From: a bacterium
GTDB taxonomy: Bacteria; Krumholzibacteriota; Krumholzibacteriia; LZORAL124-64-63
Reading direction: 5' to 3'
Assembly (NCBI GenBank): GCA_018829565.1
Contig: JAHJTW010000022.1
Coordinates: 1 to 52,359 of the forward strand
DNA length: 52,359 nucleotides
Part shown: positions 27,005 through 36,762 of the stretch, in pieces
Layout of the letters: the number at the start of each line of letters is the position of its first letter
How positions within the stretch are numbered: position 1 is the stretch's first letter
Position numbers and translations under genes: made by a program
The notes under the pieces: generated by a model
The model's input: only the letters and a program-made list of their open reading frames with translations
Told to the model about the DNA's origin: nothing
Databases searched by the model: none

Positions 27005-29566
27005 TCACGTCCCCAGGGCCGAGCGGACCGCCCGGCGGTTCTTGGCCATGGCCTTGACCAGGATGCGCTGGCCGGCGGGGCTTTCGAGGTGGCGCAGGAT
27101 GAGCCCTTCCTCCAGGCCGATCAGGACCTGGCTGTCCTTGGGGGCCTGCGGGTCCGCGGGGGCGGCGGGCGCATCGACCAGACCGCCCTCGGCGAACCGA
27201 GGCACGGGGGATTCGACCAGGATCGGGGTGGAGACCAAGGCCTGGGCTCCGCGGCGGTTCAGTTCGTCGAGGTGGCGCAGGACACCGGGTTCGCGGACCA
27301 CCGCGGCCCGCACCAGGTACTCGCCGCGGGAGAACCAGGCGAGGTTGGAGTCAGACGTGCCGGTGCCGATCCCGCCAAGGACGCCGCCGGTGGCTTTCTT
27401 CTCCGCACCCCCGACCTGACCGCCGCTGCCGAACACCCCGGCGATCTTCTTGATGATCGCGGTGGCCAGAAGCTGGGCCGCCATGCGCTTCAGGTCGGCG
27501 ATGATCGAAAGAGCCAGGTTGCGGAAGGCGTCGCCCAGGGACTTCGCGCCGGTGATCCCGGTATCGAAGAACTCGGTCAGGGCGTCGCGCCCGCTGTCCA
27601 GGGCGGTTTTACCGAAGGCAGCGAACGACGCGCGAGCGCCCTCGACGGCATATCCGAGGTCGCGCACCGCTTCAGTGAACCCGCGGGCCTGGGCGATCCG
27701 CTCGGGATCGCCTGTGGCCCATGCCGCCTGCTCGAGCGCCGTAGCCAGGCTCTGCAGAAGGGTCAGGCGCTCGGATTCGATGGCCAGGATCTGCTGCTCG
27801 CCCTCGACCTGGGACAGCAGGCCCGCTGAGACCCGGGCCTCGATCTCGGCACGGGTGGCGTCCAGTTCCGCGAGCGCGGCTTCGGCCTGGCGCTTGATCT
27901 CGTCGAAGTTGGCCCCGGACTCCATCGAACTGCGCAACCGAGCCAAGGTGGCCTCGCGCTCAGCATCGGATGCACCCTGCTTCTTGAGCAGCAGATCGGC
28001 CCGGCGGATCTCCTCGTCGATCCCCAACAGAGCGGCCTCGTGACGGCGGCCCTGGGCTTCAAGGAGGGTCTTCTCCAGGGCGAGACGCTCCTGGGCGAGC
28101 TTCTGGACGGCGTCGCGCTCCTCGGATAGCAGGGCTGCGATGCGCTCCTCCTGGGTCGCGCGGGCCTTGGTCAGCTCGGCGTCGATCTTCCCTTGTTCCT
28201 GCAGACGCCTGCTCGGGTCGACCTCGGCGTCGAGCAAGGCGCGCTTCTGCTCGAGGACCTCGAGCTCCTTGGCGAACTCCTCCTCGGCCGCCCGGCGTCG
28301 GTCCTCGTAGTAGGCGCGGACGTCCTTCAGTCCCTCGTCAAAGGCGCGCTTCTCCGCTGCGTTGCGCAGAGCCCCCATCGAGCGGACCAGCGCCAACTCG
28401 CGATCGAGGGTCATCTGCATGGCCTGAGCGCGCTTGGCCGCCAAGGCGGCCGGGTCCTCGGAGTAGTCCTCCGCAGGGGCTTCTTCTCGTGCGGTGGGTT
28501 CGGTCGGCGTGGAGATGGTCAGCTCGAACCGGGCCTTCAGCCGCTCGAACAGCGCGTTCTGCTCGGCGCTGATCGCTTCGCCTGCGGTCTTCAGGTAGGT
28601 CTTGGCCTCGTCGAGGTTGCCATGCAGCAGAGCCCAGACCGCCCGCACGCTCGAATCGATCCGCATCATCACGAACGAGAGCGCCGTGCCCACCACGTCG
28701 AACGCCGACGAGACGACCGCGACGATGAACTTCATCACGAGCCCGATGCCCTGGCCGAACTTCTCCCACGCCTCGGTGGTCTGCTTCAGGTCGCCGCTCA
28801 TGATCTGCAGCGCCTGGGACAGCTGCGGCACGAGGCCGGCGGCCAACCGAGTGCCGAGGCCTTCGCTCTGGGCCTTCAGGAGCTCGAAGTCGTCGTTCAT
28901 CTGCCGGGCCGATTCGGCCAGCCGGGTGTCGATCAGGACGCCCAGTTCGCGGGCCCGCTCGATGACCCCACCGAGGCCTTCGTCCGCCAGGGCGTTCATC
29001 GTGGGGATGAGGTTCGCGCCGGCCCGCCCGAAGATGTCCATGGCCGTCTTGGTCTTCTGGATCGGCGAGGGCATGGCGGTGATCCGCTGCGCTAGAAGCT
29101 CGAAGATCTCGACCGAGTCCTTGCCCTTCAAGTCATCGAGAGTCAGCCCGAGGTCGCGAAAGGTGGCGACGGCCTTGGGGTTCCCCTCGGCCACGTCGCC
29201 GATGAACTTGTTCTGCTTGGCCAGGGCCGCGCCCATCTCCCCGAGGCTGGAGGCCGACGTGCGGGCCAGAAGGTGCAGGGCGGACAGGTTCTCGGTCGAG
29301 GCGCCGACCTTCTGGCCCAGCTTCTGGATCTGGTCCGCGGCGTTGACCGAAGACTGGATCCACTGCTGGAACTGGCGCACCCCGAGGGCGACCCCAAGGC
29401 CACCCAGTAGCGAGGACGTCGACCCTAGGACCCGGTTCAGGCCAGAGAACCCCCGCGCCTGCTTCGCCGAGGCCTTCTCGCCTTCGGCCTGAACCTTCTT
29501 GAGGGCGGCCACGACCTCGGCCACACCTTCGGCCGATAGCCGGACTCGCACATCAGGGGTGGCCAT
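27005..29566 (-). CDS. Tail tape measure protein
   Basis: 853 aa, Ala/Leu/Glu-rich and helical, after the chaperones; C-terminal ATGG...GTGTSDS..AWFS.GEY.VRA. Confidence 0.92.
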   Translation of the reverse strand: MATPDVRVRLSAEGVAEVVAALKKVQAEGEKASAKQARGFSGLNRVLGSTSSLLGGLGVALGVRQFQQWIQSSVNAADQIQKLGQKVGASTENLSALHLLARTSASSLGEMGAALAKQNKFIGDVAEGNPKAVATFRDLGLTLDDLKGKDSVEIFELLAQRITAMPSPIQKTKTAMDIFGRAGANLIPTMNALADEGLGGVIERARELGVLIDTRLAESARQMNDDFELLKAQSEGLGTRLAAGLVPQLSQALQIMSGDLKQTTEAWEKFGQGIGLVMKFIVAVVSSAFDVVGTALSFVMMRIDSSVRAVWALLHGNLDEAKTYLKTAGEAISAEQNALFERLKARFELTISTPTEPTAREEAPAEDYSEDPAALAAKRAQAMQMTLDRELALVRSMGALRNAAEKRAFDEGLKDVRAYYEDRRRAAEEEFAKELEVLEQKRALLDAEVDPSRRLQEQGKIDAELTKARATQEERIAALLSEERDAVQKLAQERLALEKTLLEAQGRRHEAALLGIDEEIRRADLLLKKQGASDAEREATLARLRSSMESGANFDEIKRQAEAALAELDATRAEIEARVSAGLLSQVEGEQQILAIESERLTLLQSLATALEQAAWATGDPERIAQARGFTEAVRDLGYAVEGARASFAAFGKTALDSGRDALTEFFDTGITGAKSLGDAFRNLALSIIADLKRMAAQLLATAIIKKIAGVFGSGGQVGGAEKKATGGVLGGIGTGTSDSNLAWFSRGEYLVRAAVVREPGVLRHLDELNRRGAQALVSTPILVESPVPRFAEGGLVDAPAAPADPQAPKDSQVLIGLEEGLILRHLESPAGQRILVKAMAKNRRAVRSALGT

Positions 29567-29903
29567 CGGTGGACCGTCCTCTCAGGATATCGGGCACCGC
29601 GGGCGGTCTCGGCCGCGATCCCTTGGCGCTGTGCGGGGCCAGGACGCACCAGCAGAGGAACCGGTGGCGATAGTCCTCGAGCGCCTGCTCTCTCATCAGC
29701 CGGCGGTAGGAGGCGAGGGCGACCCGGAGCGGCCAGCGGACGATCCGCTCGGCGCAGTCGTGGTCCCCTGCGGCGAGTTCGCGGACGAGCTCGGTCCAGG
29801 GGCCGTACCGGCCCGGGGCTTCTGCTTGCTCTCGGGTTCCGGGATCGCCTCGGTGGAGGACGTCGTCGAAGTCCACAAAGAGACGATCCCGCTCTCGAAA
29901 AAA
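29553..29903 (-). CDS. Tail assembly chaperone T segment, expressed as a G-T fusion by -1 frameshift
   Basis: The -1 frame continues FFRERDRL...ELAAGD...WPLR.AL..Y from slippery T_TTT_TTC (29897-29903) to a stop near the tape measure start. Confidence 0.75.
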   Translation of the reverse strand, partial: FFRERDRLFVDFDDVLHRGDPGTREQAEAPGRYGPWTELVRELAAGDHDCAERIVRWPLRVALASYRRLMREQALEDYRHRFLCWCVLAPHSAKGSRPRPPAVPDILRGRSTDGHP

Positions 29904-30265
29904 GAGACCAGCAGCGACAGGACCAGGCCGCGCACCTCCGCCTTGTCCTTGGGGTCCCGCAGCTGCCCGAGAAAACGCGCGGTCTCCTGACCCACCTCCG
30001 GGGTCCAGACCTCCCCAGGGTCCCGGTCCTGGGGTGCGATGTCCTCCGGGATCAGGAGGCACCCGAGGAGGTCCAGGATCACGCCGCTCTCGACCGTCAC
30101 TTCGAGCAGCCGCCGGGCGAACGCTTCGGGGCTCTCGCCAGGCTGCATGACCACCTCATCGATCCTGGCCCGCCCCACCAGGGACAGGAACCGGAAGTCC
30201 TGCTCCACGGTGGATTCGCGCAGCGGCAGGAACGTGCGGCCGCCGATCGTGTGCTTGTCGCTCAT
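29696..30265 (-). CDS. Tail assembly chaperone (gpG-like)
   Basis: ATG 30265 (TGATG overlap); lies between the major tail and tape measure genes; contains the slippery heptamer. Confidence 0.8.
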   Translation of the reverse strand: MSDKHTIGGRTFLPLRESTVEQDFRFLSLVGRARIDEVVMQPGESPEAFARRLLEVTVESGVILDLLGCLLIPEDIAPQDRDPGEVWTPEVGQETARFLGQLRDPKDKAEVRGLVLSLLVSFFESGIVSLWTSTTSSTEAIPEPESKQKPRAGTAPGPSSSANSPQGTTTAPSGSSAGRSGSPSPPTAG

Positions 30266-31032
30266 CACGCGATCCTGATCAGCCGGTAGTGCGGCTCGTT
30301 GGGGTGGTTGGCGGCATCGGACTCGATGTCTCCGGTCATGGTGAAGCTCGCGTACTCGTCCGAGATGAACCCGATGGCGCCGTCGGCTCGCATGGACGCC
30401 CGCCAGATCTCGCACTCGTACTTGGGGCCGCGGGCGGGGTCGCCGATGAACCGCAGGTACCCCTTGACCGAGGTCTGGTTCATGCCGCGCACGGTCGGAA
30501 GCGCGATGGTGCCATAGGTGTAGTCCACCTCGATGTCCGACAGGTCGGTGATCGCGCCACCCTCGACGATGTAGATGCGGCCGGTCGTGGCATCGACCTT
30601 GTAGTCGTCGTCCACGGTGTAGGTCGGGGTGCCGCCGGTGCCGGTGACGGTGACCAGGCTCACCTGACGCATCGCGAGCGCGTAGTACCGGCCCTGCAAG
30701 ACGCCGGCGATCTCCTCGGCGGTGACGGTCGAGCCGGTCTGGGCCAGCGTCGCTGTGTCGCCGAACAGCGCCATGGCGAGGTTCTCCTTGGAGAACTCGT
30801 CGCCCACGATCCGGATCGCGAGCGTGGTGCGCAGCACGTCCGAGGCGATCAGGTCGGCCGACCGATCGGCGCTCGAGTACTTCTTGATGTCCTCGCTGGT
30901 GGGCGTGATCTCGAACGTCGGGCAGTTGCCCAGGAACAGCTCGCCGGTGCGCACGCCGCCCGAGTCGAACCGGTCGAAGTAGATCTTGCCCCTGCCGAGC
31001 AGGATGTTGTTGCCGTTGACGACCTCGGGCAT
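30265..31032 (-). CDS. Major tail (tube) protein
   Basis: LGRGKIYFDR, FLGNC..FEITP, LRFIGDPA.GP, F.MTG; canonical position. Confidence 0.85.
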   Translation of the reverse strand: MPEVVNGNNILLGRGKIYFDRFDSGGVRTGELFLGNCPTFEITPTSEDIKKYSSADRSADLIASDVLRTTLAIRIVGDEFSKENLAMALFGDTATLAQTGSTVTAEEIAGVLQGRYYALAMRQVSLVTVTGTGGTPTYTVDDDYKVDATTGRIYIVEGGAITDLSDIEVDYTYGTIALPTVRGMNQTSVKGYLRFIGDPARGPKYECEIWRASMRADGAIGFISDEYASFTMTGDIESDAANHPNEPHYRLIRIA

Positions 31033-31045
31033 GGCTTTCTCCCTC

Positions 31046-31516
31046 TTAGGTCAGGGTCTCCGCGTCATCGGCGCGGGACTGGTAATCGATCCGGAACGTC
31101 ATGGTGGCGCGGCAGAACGATGTCTCGGCCTGCTCGTACTCGAACTTGGTGCCGATCTCGTCGGCGGGGCCATTCGCGAAGCCACCGAACGTGCCGGCTG
31201 CCGCCAGCGCGGTCGTGGCGAAGGCCAGGATCGGATCGGCCGCCTTGTCGGGTTCCTCACCTGCTCCGGCCTTGGTCAGGACCTCGACGCTCACCAGCAC
31301 CGACCGCCGCACGATGGGCCCGCGGCTGGCCGTGCCGGTCTTGGCTTCCCGCATCGTCTCGACCGTCTCGGCCCCCTGGTAGACCGTCAGCGCGGGCAAC
31401 TGGTCTGAGCCGGGCGAGTCCAGGCGCGTCCGCACCGGGGCGGGGACGCCCACGGGCGCGTCGGTGGCCAGAGCCAGGACGGCGGCCGCGACGATCTGCT
31501 CACGGATCGTGCTCAT
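31046..31516 (-). CDS. Tail terminator (gpU-like)
   Basis: MSTIREQIVAA..., LPALTVY, ...F.IDY; directly upstream of the tail tube gene. Confidence 0.7.
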   Translation of the reverse strand: MSTIREQIVAAAVLALATDAPVGVPAPVRTRLDSPGSDQLPALTVYQGAETVETMREAKTGTASRGPIVRRSVLVSVEVLTKAGAGEEPDKAADPILAFATTALAAAGTFGGFANGPADEIGTKFEYEQAETSFCRATMTFRIDYQSRADDAETLT

Positions 31517-31818
31517 GGCGTCCTCAGCGCGACTCGGACCATGGCCCCGTCTCCGTAGGGCAGGACCTTCAGAACGGTGTAGGCCGTGCCGCCGACTGTG
31601 ATCGCGGCCCCTGACTGCAGTCCCGGCAGCACCCCGCTCTGGACGTGGACGATCTCATCGGCGGCCACGACCGCGGGCATCTCACCGCCCAGGATCTCGA
31701 CGGCCTCGCGGTCGAGCAGCCCGAAGACTGTGACGTCGCCGAGGGTGACCTCGACCACGCCACCGGCTTCAGCCAGGTCCGCGAGCATCGCCGCGATGTC
31801 GAAGCCGCCGAGGGACAT
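31513..31818 (-). CDS. Head-tail joining protein (gpFII-like)
   Basis: Small beta-rich protein ending G..ITVGGT.YTV..V.P.GDG...V.L. Confidence 0.7.
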   Translation of the reverse strand: MSLGGFDIAAMLADLAEAGGVVEVTLGDVTVFGLLDREAVEILGGEMPAVVAADEIVHVQSGVLPGLQSGAAITVGGTAYTVLKVLPYGDGAMVRVALRTP

Positions 31819-31821
31819 GGT

Positions 31822-32211
31822 TCAGCTCGCCTTCGTGATCCCGACGAACTCCACGCCGAAGTCGAACGACGGCGTGGTGCCGGCGATGGTGCCGATCACC
31901 CGCAGGTATCGCTTCAGGTCCGAGACGTTCAGCTTCATGACCTTCACGCCGGCGGTCTCGGCCGCGTCGGTGACCTGGGAGAACGTGCCGCTGGTGACAT
32001 CCTCGTAGGTCGAGTCGTCGTCCGAGTGCTGCAGCTTCACGTCCAGGGTGGGGCTGGTGCCGGTGCCGGCCGAGGCGTTCAGCAGCACCAGGGCCACGCC
32101 CTCGTACTCGAGCACGTCGATGCCGGTCCCGGTCAGGGTCGAGGTCCGGCTGGCCGCCGGGGCCAGTTCGACGCCGGTCGCCTGGGCCAGGGCGTTCAGT
32201 AGGTGGGTCAT
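31822..32211 (-). CDS. Head decoration/cement protein (Bbp16-like)
   Basis: Start re-called at ATG 32211; TG.GID, TLDVKLQHSDD.STY.DV, KRYLRV. Confidence 0.7.
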   Translation of the reverse strand: MTHLLNALAQATGVELAPAASRTSTLTGTGIDVLEYEGVALVLLNASAGTGTSPTLDVKLQHSDDDSTYEDVTSGTFSQVTDAAETAGVKVMKLNVSDLKRYLRVIGTIAGTTPSFDFGVEFVGITKAS

Positions 32212-32215
32212 GCGG

Positions 32216-32521
32216 TTACCTCCCGCCGGCGCGCGGCCGGCCTTTGCGCCCCTGAGGCGCCAGGGTGTCGGGGTCCCGGTCTTCGGTGGCCGGGTCCCCA
32301 TGGCTGATGGTGGCGGGCCCGGAGGCCGCGGGAGCCTCCGGACCCGCCGCGGGCACGGACGGGATGACGCGGGCGTAGCCCATCCGGACCTTCTTGCGGG
32401 CGTCCGCGATCGACAGGTCCTTCGGAGCCACCAGGATCTGGCCGGGCAGGACGTCGTTGCCTTCGCCTCCCAGGCAGTGACCCGTCGTGACCTCGATGGT
32501 GAGCGTGCCTTGCTCCGTCAT
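32216..32521 (-). CDS. Small capsid-adjacent protein
   Basis: Start re-called at ATG 32521; short globular domain followed by a Pro/Ala-rich tail, as often seen after a major capsid gene. Confidence 0.6.
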   Translation of the reverse strand: MTEQGTLTIEVTTGHCLGGEGNDVLPGQILVAPKDLSIADARKKVRMGYARVIPSVPAAGPEAPAASGPATISHGDPATEDRDPDTLAPQGRKGRPRAGGR

Positions 32522-32544
32522 GCGTTCTATCCCTTCGTGCCCGG

Positions 32545-34527
32545 TTACGACAGCGTCGCGCCGGTGCCCTTGACGAACGACTCGCCACGCCGGACGGCGG
32601 TGTCGGCCATCGAGTAGCTGGTGATCAGGATCTGGCCGCGGGCGGCCTTGGTGACGACGTCGACTACGATCTCGAGGTCGTTGCCCCACATGCCCACCAG
32701 CAGGTCGTTCCAGTTCCCGAAGACCAGGCCGTGCTCATTGCTGCCGGCTCCCAGCGTCTTGGAGATCTGGTTCGTGGTACGGGCGGGGTAGCCGCCGAGC
32801 TCGCCCTCGCGGTAGGTGCCCGCCCACAGGAAGACCGGGTAGCCGCTGACCAGGGGCGTGCGCTTGAGCACGCCGGCCATCAGCGGGGTGGTCATCCAGG
32901 ACAGGGCCCCCAGGTCGGCGTTCTTGTCCGCGACCAGGGCGGGCATCGTGGTGATGTCCGTCAGGTCGGGCACGCCGCCCACGGCGTGGGACTGCACGTC
33001 GGCCGCGCCGTAGATGCCCACGGGCTGCTTGTCGGTGCCCTTGCCGTGGAGCGCGCCGAGATCCAGGGCCAGGCCGTGTCCGGTCGCCAGGTCGCTGCGG
33101 ATGTCGGCCTCGACGTCGATCGAGGACATCACCAAGAGCTGCCGGGGGATCTGCACCTGGCCGATCAGGGTCTTGGGCGATAGGGACACGTAGCCGTAAG
33201 CGGGCTCGGACCCGGGAGCATCGCTCGGGGGGTTCTCCTCCATCCAGGACACCGTCGGAGCGCCGGTCTTCTTGTTGAAGTACACGACGCCCTGCAGGCC
33301 CGGATAGAGCTTCGCGCCAGCGACCAGCACCAGGGCGCGGTTACGCAGCAGGTCGATCATGTCGGGCATGATCTGCTGGCCGACCAGGGTTGCCCCGCCC
33401 GAGGGCTGGGTGGTGCCCAGCACGCGCTGCTGGTCGTCGTCGCTCAGACGCCACGGCACGAGCACCCCGCCGTGGTCCGCGCCGGTGCGGTGCTTCGTGA
33501 GCTCCTCGTGGACCTCGGCCTCGAGGCCGTCGTACCTGGCGCGCTTGCCATCCATCAGTTCGGCCTGCATGCGGATCGCGCGGTGGATGGAGTAGCGCTT
33601 CTTGTCCCGGGCCGGCATCGCGGCCAGGGCCTCGGCCGAGGGCTGCGCCGGGCCATGGGTGCGGACGGCCTTGAGGATCTCGCGCGAGACCTGGTCGGGG
33701 CTGAGGCCCTGCCTGATCCAGCCGGCGGCCTTGTCGGTCACGCCGTGGGCCTGGGCCATGTCCATGATCTCGGCCGCTTCGGCGCCGCGATCGCGGGTCT
33801 CGGTCACCTTGGGTGCCGGCGCAGACGCCGCCGGCCCGACCGGGGTCTCGTTGCCCTGCGCGGGCGCGCCCTGCGCGGCGGGCTGGGGGGTTCCTGCATC
33901 GACACTCATGGTTCGTTCTCCTTCGGAAGCGGGCTCTTCGATCGTGAACTCGACCAAGTCGGCCTCGGGCACATCACGGGTGCGTCCGAAGCCGACCTTG
34001 TGGTCAGCGGGAATGGGTTCGGTGGACACCTCGTAGGGCATCCAGCGGCAGCGGTAGGTCGCAAGACCGGTCTTCTTGTCCTTGGAGACCATGTCCATCG
34101 ACAGAACCTGATAGCCGACGGAGACGGTCTTGATGTGCCCCTCGCGGAGCATCGTCTCCTGCTCCTGGCCCAGCGGGATGGACGAGAAACTCGCCATGCC
34201 CCGCAGGCGACCGCGCTTCTCGTCGAGCTCGATGTCGTTCACCGAGCCGAAGTGCAGAAGGCGCTGGTGGGACTTGATCAGCGGCAGGCCGTTCTTCGCC
34301 CTGGTGAGGTCCACGTCGCCTGAGACGTGGGACAGGACCTCGTCGTACTCCTCCCAGGTGTCCCAGGAGTAGCGGCGGACGGGAGCCTCGCTGGAGAAGG
34401 ACACCGGGTAGAGGCGGATCTGGCCCTCGCCTTGGTCGGCGCGGGTCTCGACTTCGACCTCGAAGTCCCGGTACTGGATGCGCGGCACCTTCACGGTTCG
34501 CGTCTTGATGGCAGTCGGTGTGTCCAT
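32545..34527 (-). CDS. Prohead protease (HK97/U35-type) fused to HK97-fold major capsid protein
   Basis: N-terminal VSFSSE.PV.R..EVLSH..VDL.R, VSVGYQV, W.PYEVS..PIPAD..VG.GR; C-terminal GG.LV...., LSPKTL, FGNW.DL..G.W, D.AVRR.ESF. Confidence 0.93.
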   Translation of the reverse strand: MDTPTAIKTRTVKVPRIQYRDFEVEVETRADQGEGQIRLYPVSFSSEAPVRRYSWDTWEEYDEVLSHVSGDVDLTRAKNGLPLIKSHQRLLHFGSVNDIELDEKRGRLRGMASFSSIPLGQEQETMLREGHIKTVSVGYQVLSMDMVSKDKKTGLATYRCRWMPYEVSTEPIPADHKVGFGRTRDVPEADLVEFTIEEPASEGERTMSVDAGTPQPAAQGAPAQGNETPVGPAASAPAPKVTETRDRGAEAAEIMDMAQAHGVTDKAAGWIRQGLSPDQVSREILKAVRTHGPAQPSAEALAAMPARDKKRYSIHRAIRMQAELMDGKRARYDGLEAEVHEELTKHRTGADHGGVLVPWRLSDDDQQRVLGTTQPSGGATLVGQQIMPDMIDLLRNRALVLVAGAKLYPGLQGVVYFNKKTGAPTVSWMEENPPSDAPGSEPAYGYVSLSPKTLIGQVQIPRQLLVMSSIDVEADIRSDLATGHGLALDLGALHGKGTDKQPVGIYGAADVQSHAVGGVPDLTDITTMPALVADKNADLGALSWMTTPLMAGVLKRTPLVSGYPVFLWAGTYREGELGGYPARTTNQISKTLGAGSNEHGLVFGNWNDLLVGMWGNDLEIVVDVVTKAARGQILITSYSMADTAVRRGESFVKGTGATLS

Positions 34528-34556
34528 GCACCCAGTAGTGATTCATCCGCGAAAGG

Positions 34557-34589
34557 CCGACCAATCTAAATGTCATTTAGATTGGTCGG
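34557..34589. repeat. 33-bp palindrome (16-bp perfect arms, 1-nt centre) between divergent head genes
   Basis: CCGACCAATCTAAATG-T-CATTTAGATTGGTCGG. Confidence 0.95.
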
Positions 34590-34617
34590 GTCCTGAGCGC
34601 GGTGTCACCGTGGGCGC

Positions 34618-35175
34618 ATGGCACAGGAACTCACAAACCTCCCCGATCAGTTCGCCGCCGGCACGACCGTCAGCTACCGCAGGCGGTTGACGGACTTTCC
34701 GGCATCTGCCGGCTGGACACTCCGGCTCCATCTGGCCGGCGCGAGCGTGCTCGCCAAGACCGCGGCCGCCGATGGCGACGACTTCCTGGTCACCATCGAG
34801 GCTTCCGATACCGAGGGCGACTTCACAGCTGGCCTATACAAATGGGTCGAGCGGGTCAGCAGCGCGGGCGGAGAGGTCTACGAGGTAGACCGCGGCGCCA
34901 TCACGGTGCTGCCCAACCTGGCCGAGGCCTCCGAAGGCAGCGAGCAGGAGTGGATCGAGCGGGCGGTCACGATGCTGCGGGCCCACATCGAGGGCCGGCT
35001 GCCCGCGGGGATGGAGAGTTACCAGATCGCCGGCCGCGTCGTCGCCAAGATGCCGATCAAGGAGGCGATGAGCCTCCTGGCAAGCCTCGAATCCCGTCTC
35101 GCTGGCCTCAAAAACCCCGGGGCCTTCACGCGACCGGTGCTCGTGTCGTTCACCAAGCCAGGGTTCGATCGATGA
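34618..35175 (+). CDS. Head completion/adaptor protein with a gpW-like C-terminus
   Basis: Directly upstream of the portal; ESYQIAGR..KMP..E...L pattern. Confidence 0.65.
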   Translation: MAQELTNLPDQFAAGTTVSYRRRLTDFPASAGWTLRLHLAGASVLAKTAAADGDDFLVTIEASDTEGDFTAGLYKWVERVSSAGGEVYEVDRGAITVLPNLAEASEGSEQEWIERAVTMLRAHIEGRLPAGMESYQIAGRVVAKMPIKEAMSLLASLESRLAGLKNPGAFTRPVLVSFTKPGFDR

Positions 35176-36692
35176 AGCGACCGCTGCACAAGCGCCTTGG
35201 TCGCGCATTTCGGTCAGCCTTGCGGGAGTTGCGCGGTCAGCGCGGCGTATTCGACGGGGCGGGAGTCCACCGCCTGCTCCTGGACTGGATCGCCCAGACC
35301 CGGTCCGCGGACGAGGAAGTCCGCGGCGACATCCGCATGCTGCGGGCCCGCGCCCGCGAACTCGGCCGCAACAACAGCTACGTCAAACGCTACTTCCGTC
35401 TGCTGGTGACCAACGTCATCGGACCTATGGGGATCAAGCTCCAGGCCCAGGTCTGGGCCGGCGACCAGCCCGACTCGAAGGCCAACGCCGCCATCGAAGA
35501 GGCGTGGAACGCCTGGGCCAACGCGCCGGTGACGGTCGACGGCCGGCTCACCTTGCGCCGCTTCGAGAAGCTGATCCTCAAGACCGTGGCTTGCGATGGC
35601 GAGGCCTTTGTCCGCCTCTGGCGTGGGTTCGAGGGCAATGCCCACGGTTTGGCCCTGCAGGCGATCGACGCCGACCTGATCGACGAGACCTTCAATCGCC
35701 CTCGTCGCGGCACCCAGAACGAGATCCGCATGGGCGTGGAGATCGACGCCATCGGGCGGCCGGTCGGCTATTGGATCTGGGACTCGGTCGGTACCGACCT
35801 GATGCGGGAGCGGTACTTCATCCCGGCCGCGGAGATGCTCCACCTCTACGATCCCGACCGCGTGAACCAGACCAGGGGCGTCACATGGGTCCACTCGGTC
35901 ATGGTCCCGGCTCACATGCTCAACGCCTACGAAGAGTCGGAGGCCGTCGCCGCTCGGATCGGCGCCTCGAAGATGGGGCTGTTCGAGAAGCGAGCCGACT
36001 CCCTGGCCGGCGACCTGGCCAGCGATCCTCGGCCTGCCACCATGGAGGCCAACCCGGGGACGTTCGAGATCGTCCCTGATGGCTACGAGTTCAAGGCGTG
36101 GGAACCGGATCATCCCACGGCGCAGTTCCCGGCATTCATCAAGCAGATGCTCCGCAAGATCGCCTCTGGGTTCAGCGTCTTCTACAACGTGCTCGCCAAC
36201 GACGCCGAGGGCGTCAGCTATTCCACCATGCGCAGCTTCGCGCTAGTCGAACGAGACGACTGGCGCTCCATCCAGCAGGACTTCATCGACATGTGGCGGC
36301 GACCGCTGTATGCGGCCTGGCTCGGCATGGCGTTGCTCACGGGCAGCCTGAAGCTCTCCTCCCGCGATCCCTCCCGCTACATGGCCGTCCGGCATCGTCC
36401 TCGTGGCTGGCAGTGGATCGACCCCGAGAAGGAAGCCAAGGCCGCGGTGCTCTCGATCCAGAACGGTCTGGGCACCAGGACGGGATTCCTGGCTGAAAAG
36501 GGTGAGGACATCGAGGACGTCTTCGCCGAACTGGCGCGCGAGCAGGCGCTGGCCAAGGAGTACGGCCTGTCGATTTTCGGGGAGCCGGTACCGGCGGAGG
36601 AACCCAAGGAAGAGCAGCCCAAGGACTCCGAGGATCCGGAAGAAGAGAAGGACGAGGATCAGGCCGAAGTCGAGGACGAGGTGAATGCGTAG
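35172..36692 (+). CDS. Portal protein, lambda family
   Basis: ATG 35172 (ATGA overlap); LRARAR.L.RNN, DGEAFVR, LQ.IDAD, GVE.D.IGRPV.YW, RGV, SYS..R, WIDPEKE. Confidence 0.95.
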   Translation: MKRPLHKRLGRAFRSALRELRGQRGVFDGAGVHRLLLDWIAQTRSADEEVRGDIRMLRARARELGRNNSYVKRYFRLLVTNVIGPMGIKLQAQVWAGDQPDSKANAAIEEAWNAWANAPVTVDGRLTLRRFEKLILKTVACDGEAFVRLWRGFEGNAHGLALQAIDADLIDETFNRPRRGTQNEIRMGVEIDAIGRPVGYWIWDSVGTDLMRERYFIPAAEMLHLYDPDRVNQTRGVTWVHSVMVPAHMLNAYEESEAVAARIGASKMGLFEKRADSLAGDLASDPRPATMEANPGTFEIVPDGYEFKAWEPDHPTAQFPAFIKQMLRKIASGFSVFYNVLANDAEGVSYSTMRSFALVERDDWRSIQQDFIDMWRRPLYAAWLGMALLTGSLKLSSRDPSRYMAVRHRPRGWQWIDPEKEAKAAVLSIQNGLGTRTGFLAEKGEDIEDVFAELAREQALAKEYGLSIFGEPVPAEEPKEEQPKDSEDPEEEKDEDQAEVEDEVNA

Positions 36693-36762
36693 GGAGTGCT
36701 TCGCCGAAGCTCCGCGGCCTGACAGGTGCCCCAGACGAGGGGCGGAACGGAGAGGTTGGAAC

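Noticed and set aside
34588-34594. GGGTCCT matching lambda cosQ next to the palindrome
   Set aside because: No cosN-like sequence at the expected distance; a 7-mer is expected by chance in GC-rich DNA.
34602-35171. N-terminal extension of the portal ORF (696-aa call)
   Set aside because: Overlaps the gpW-like gene in another frame; portal homology starts at ATG 35172.
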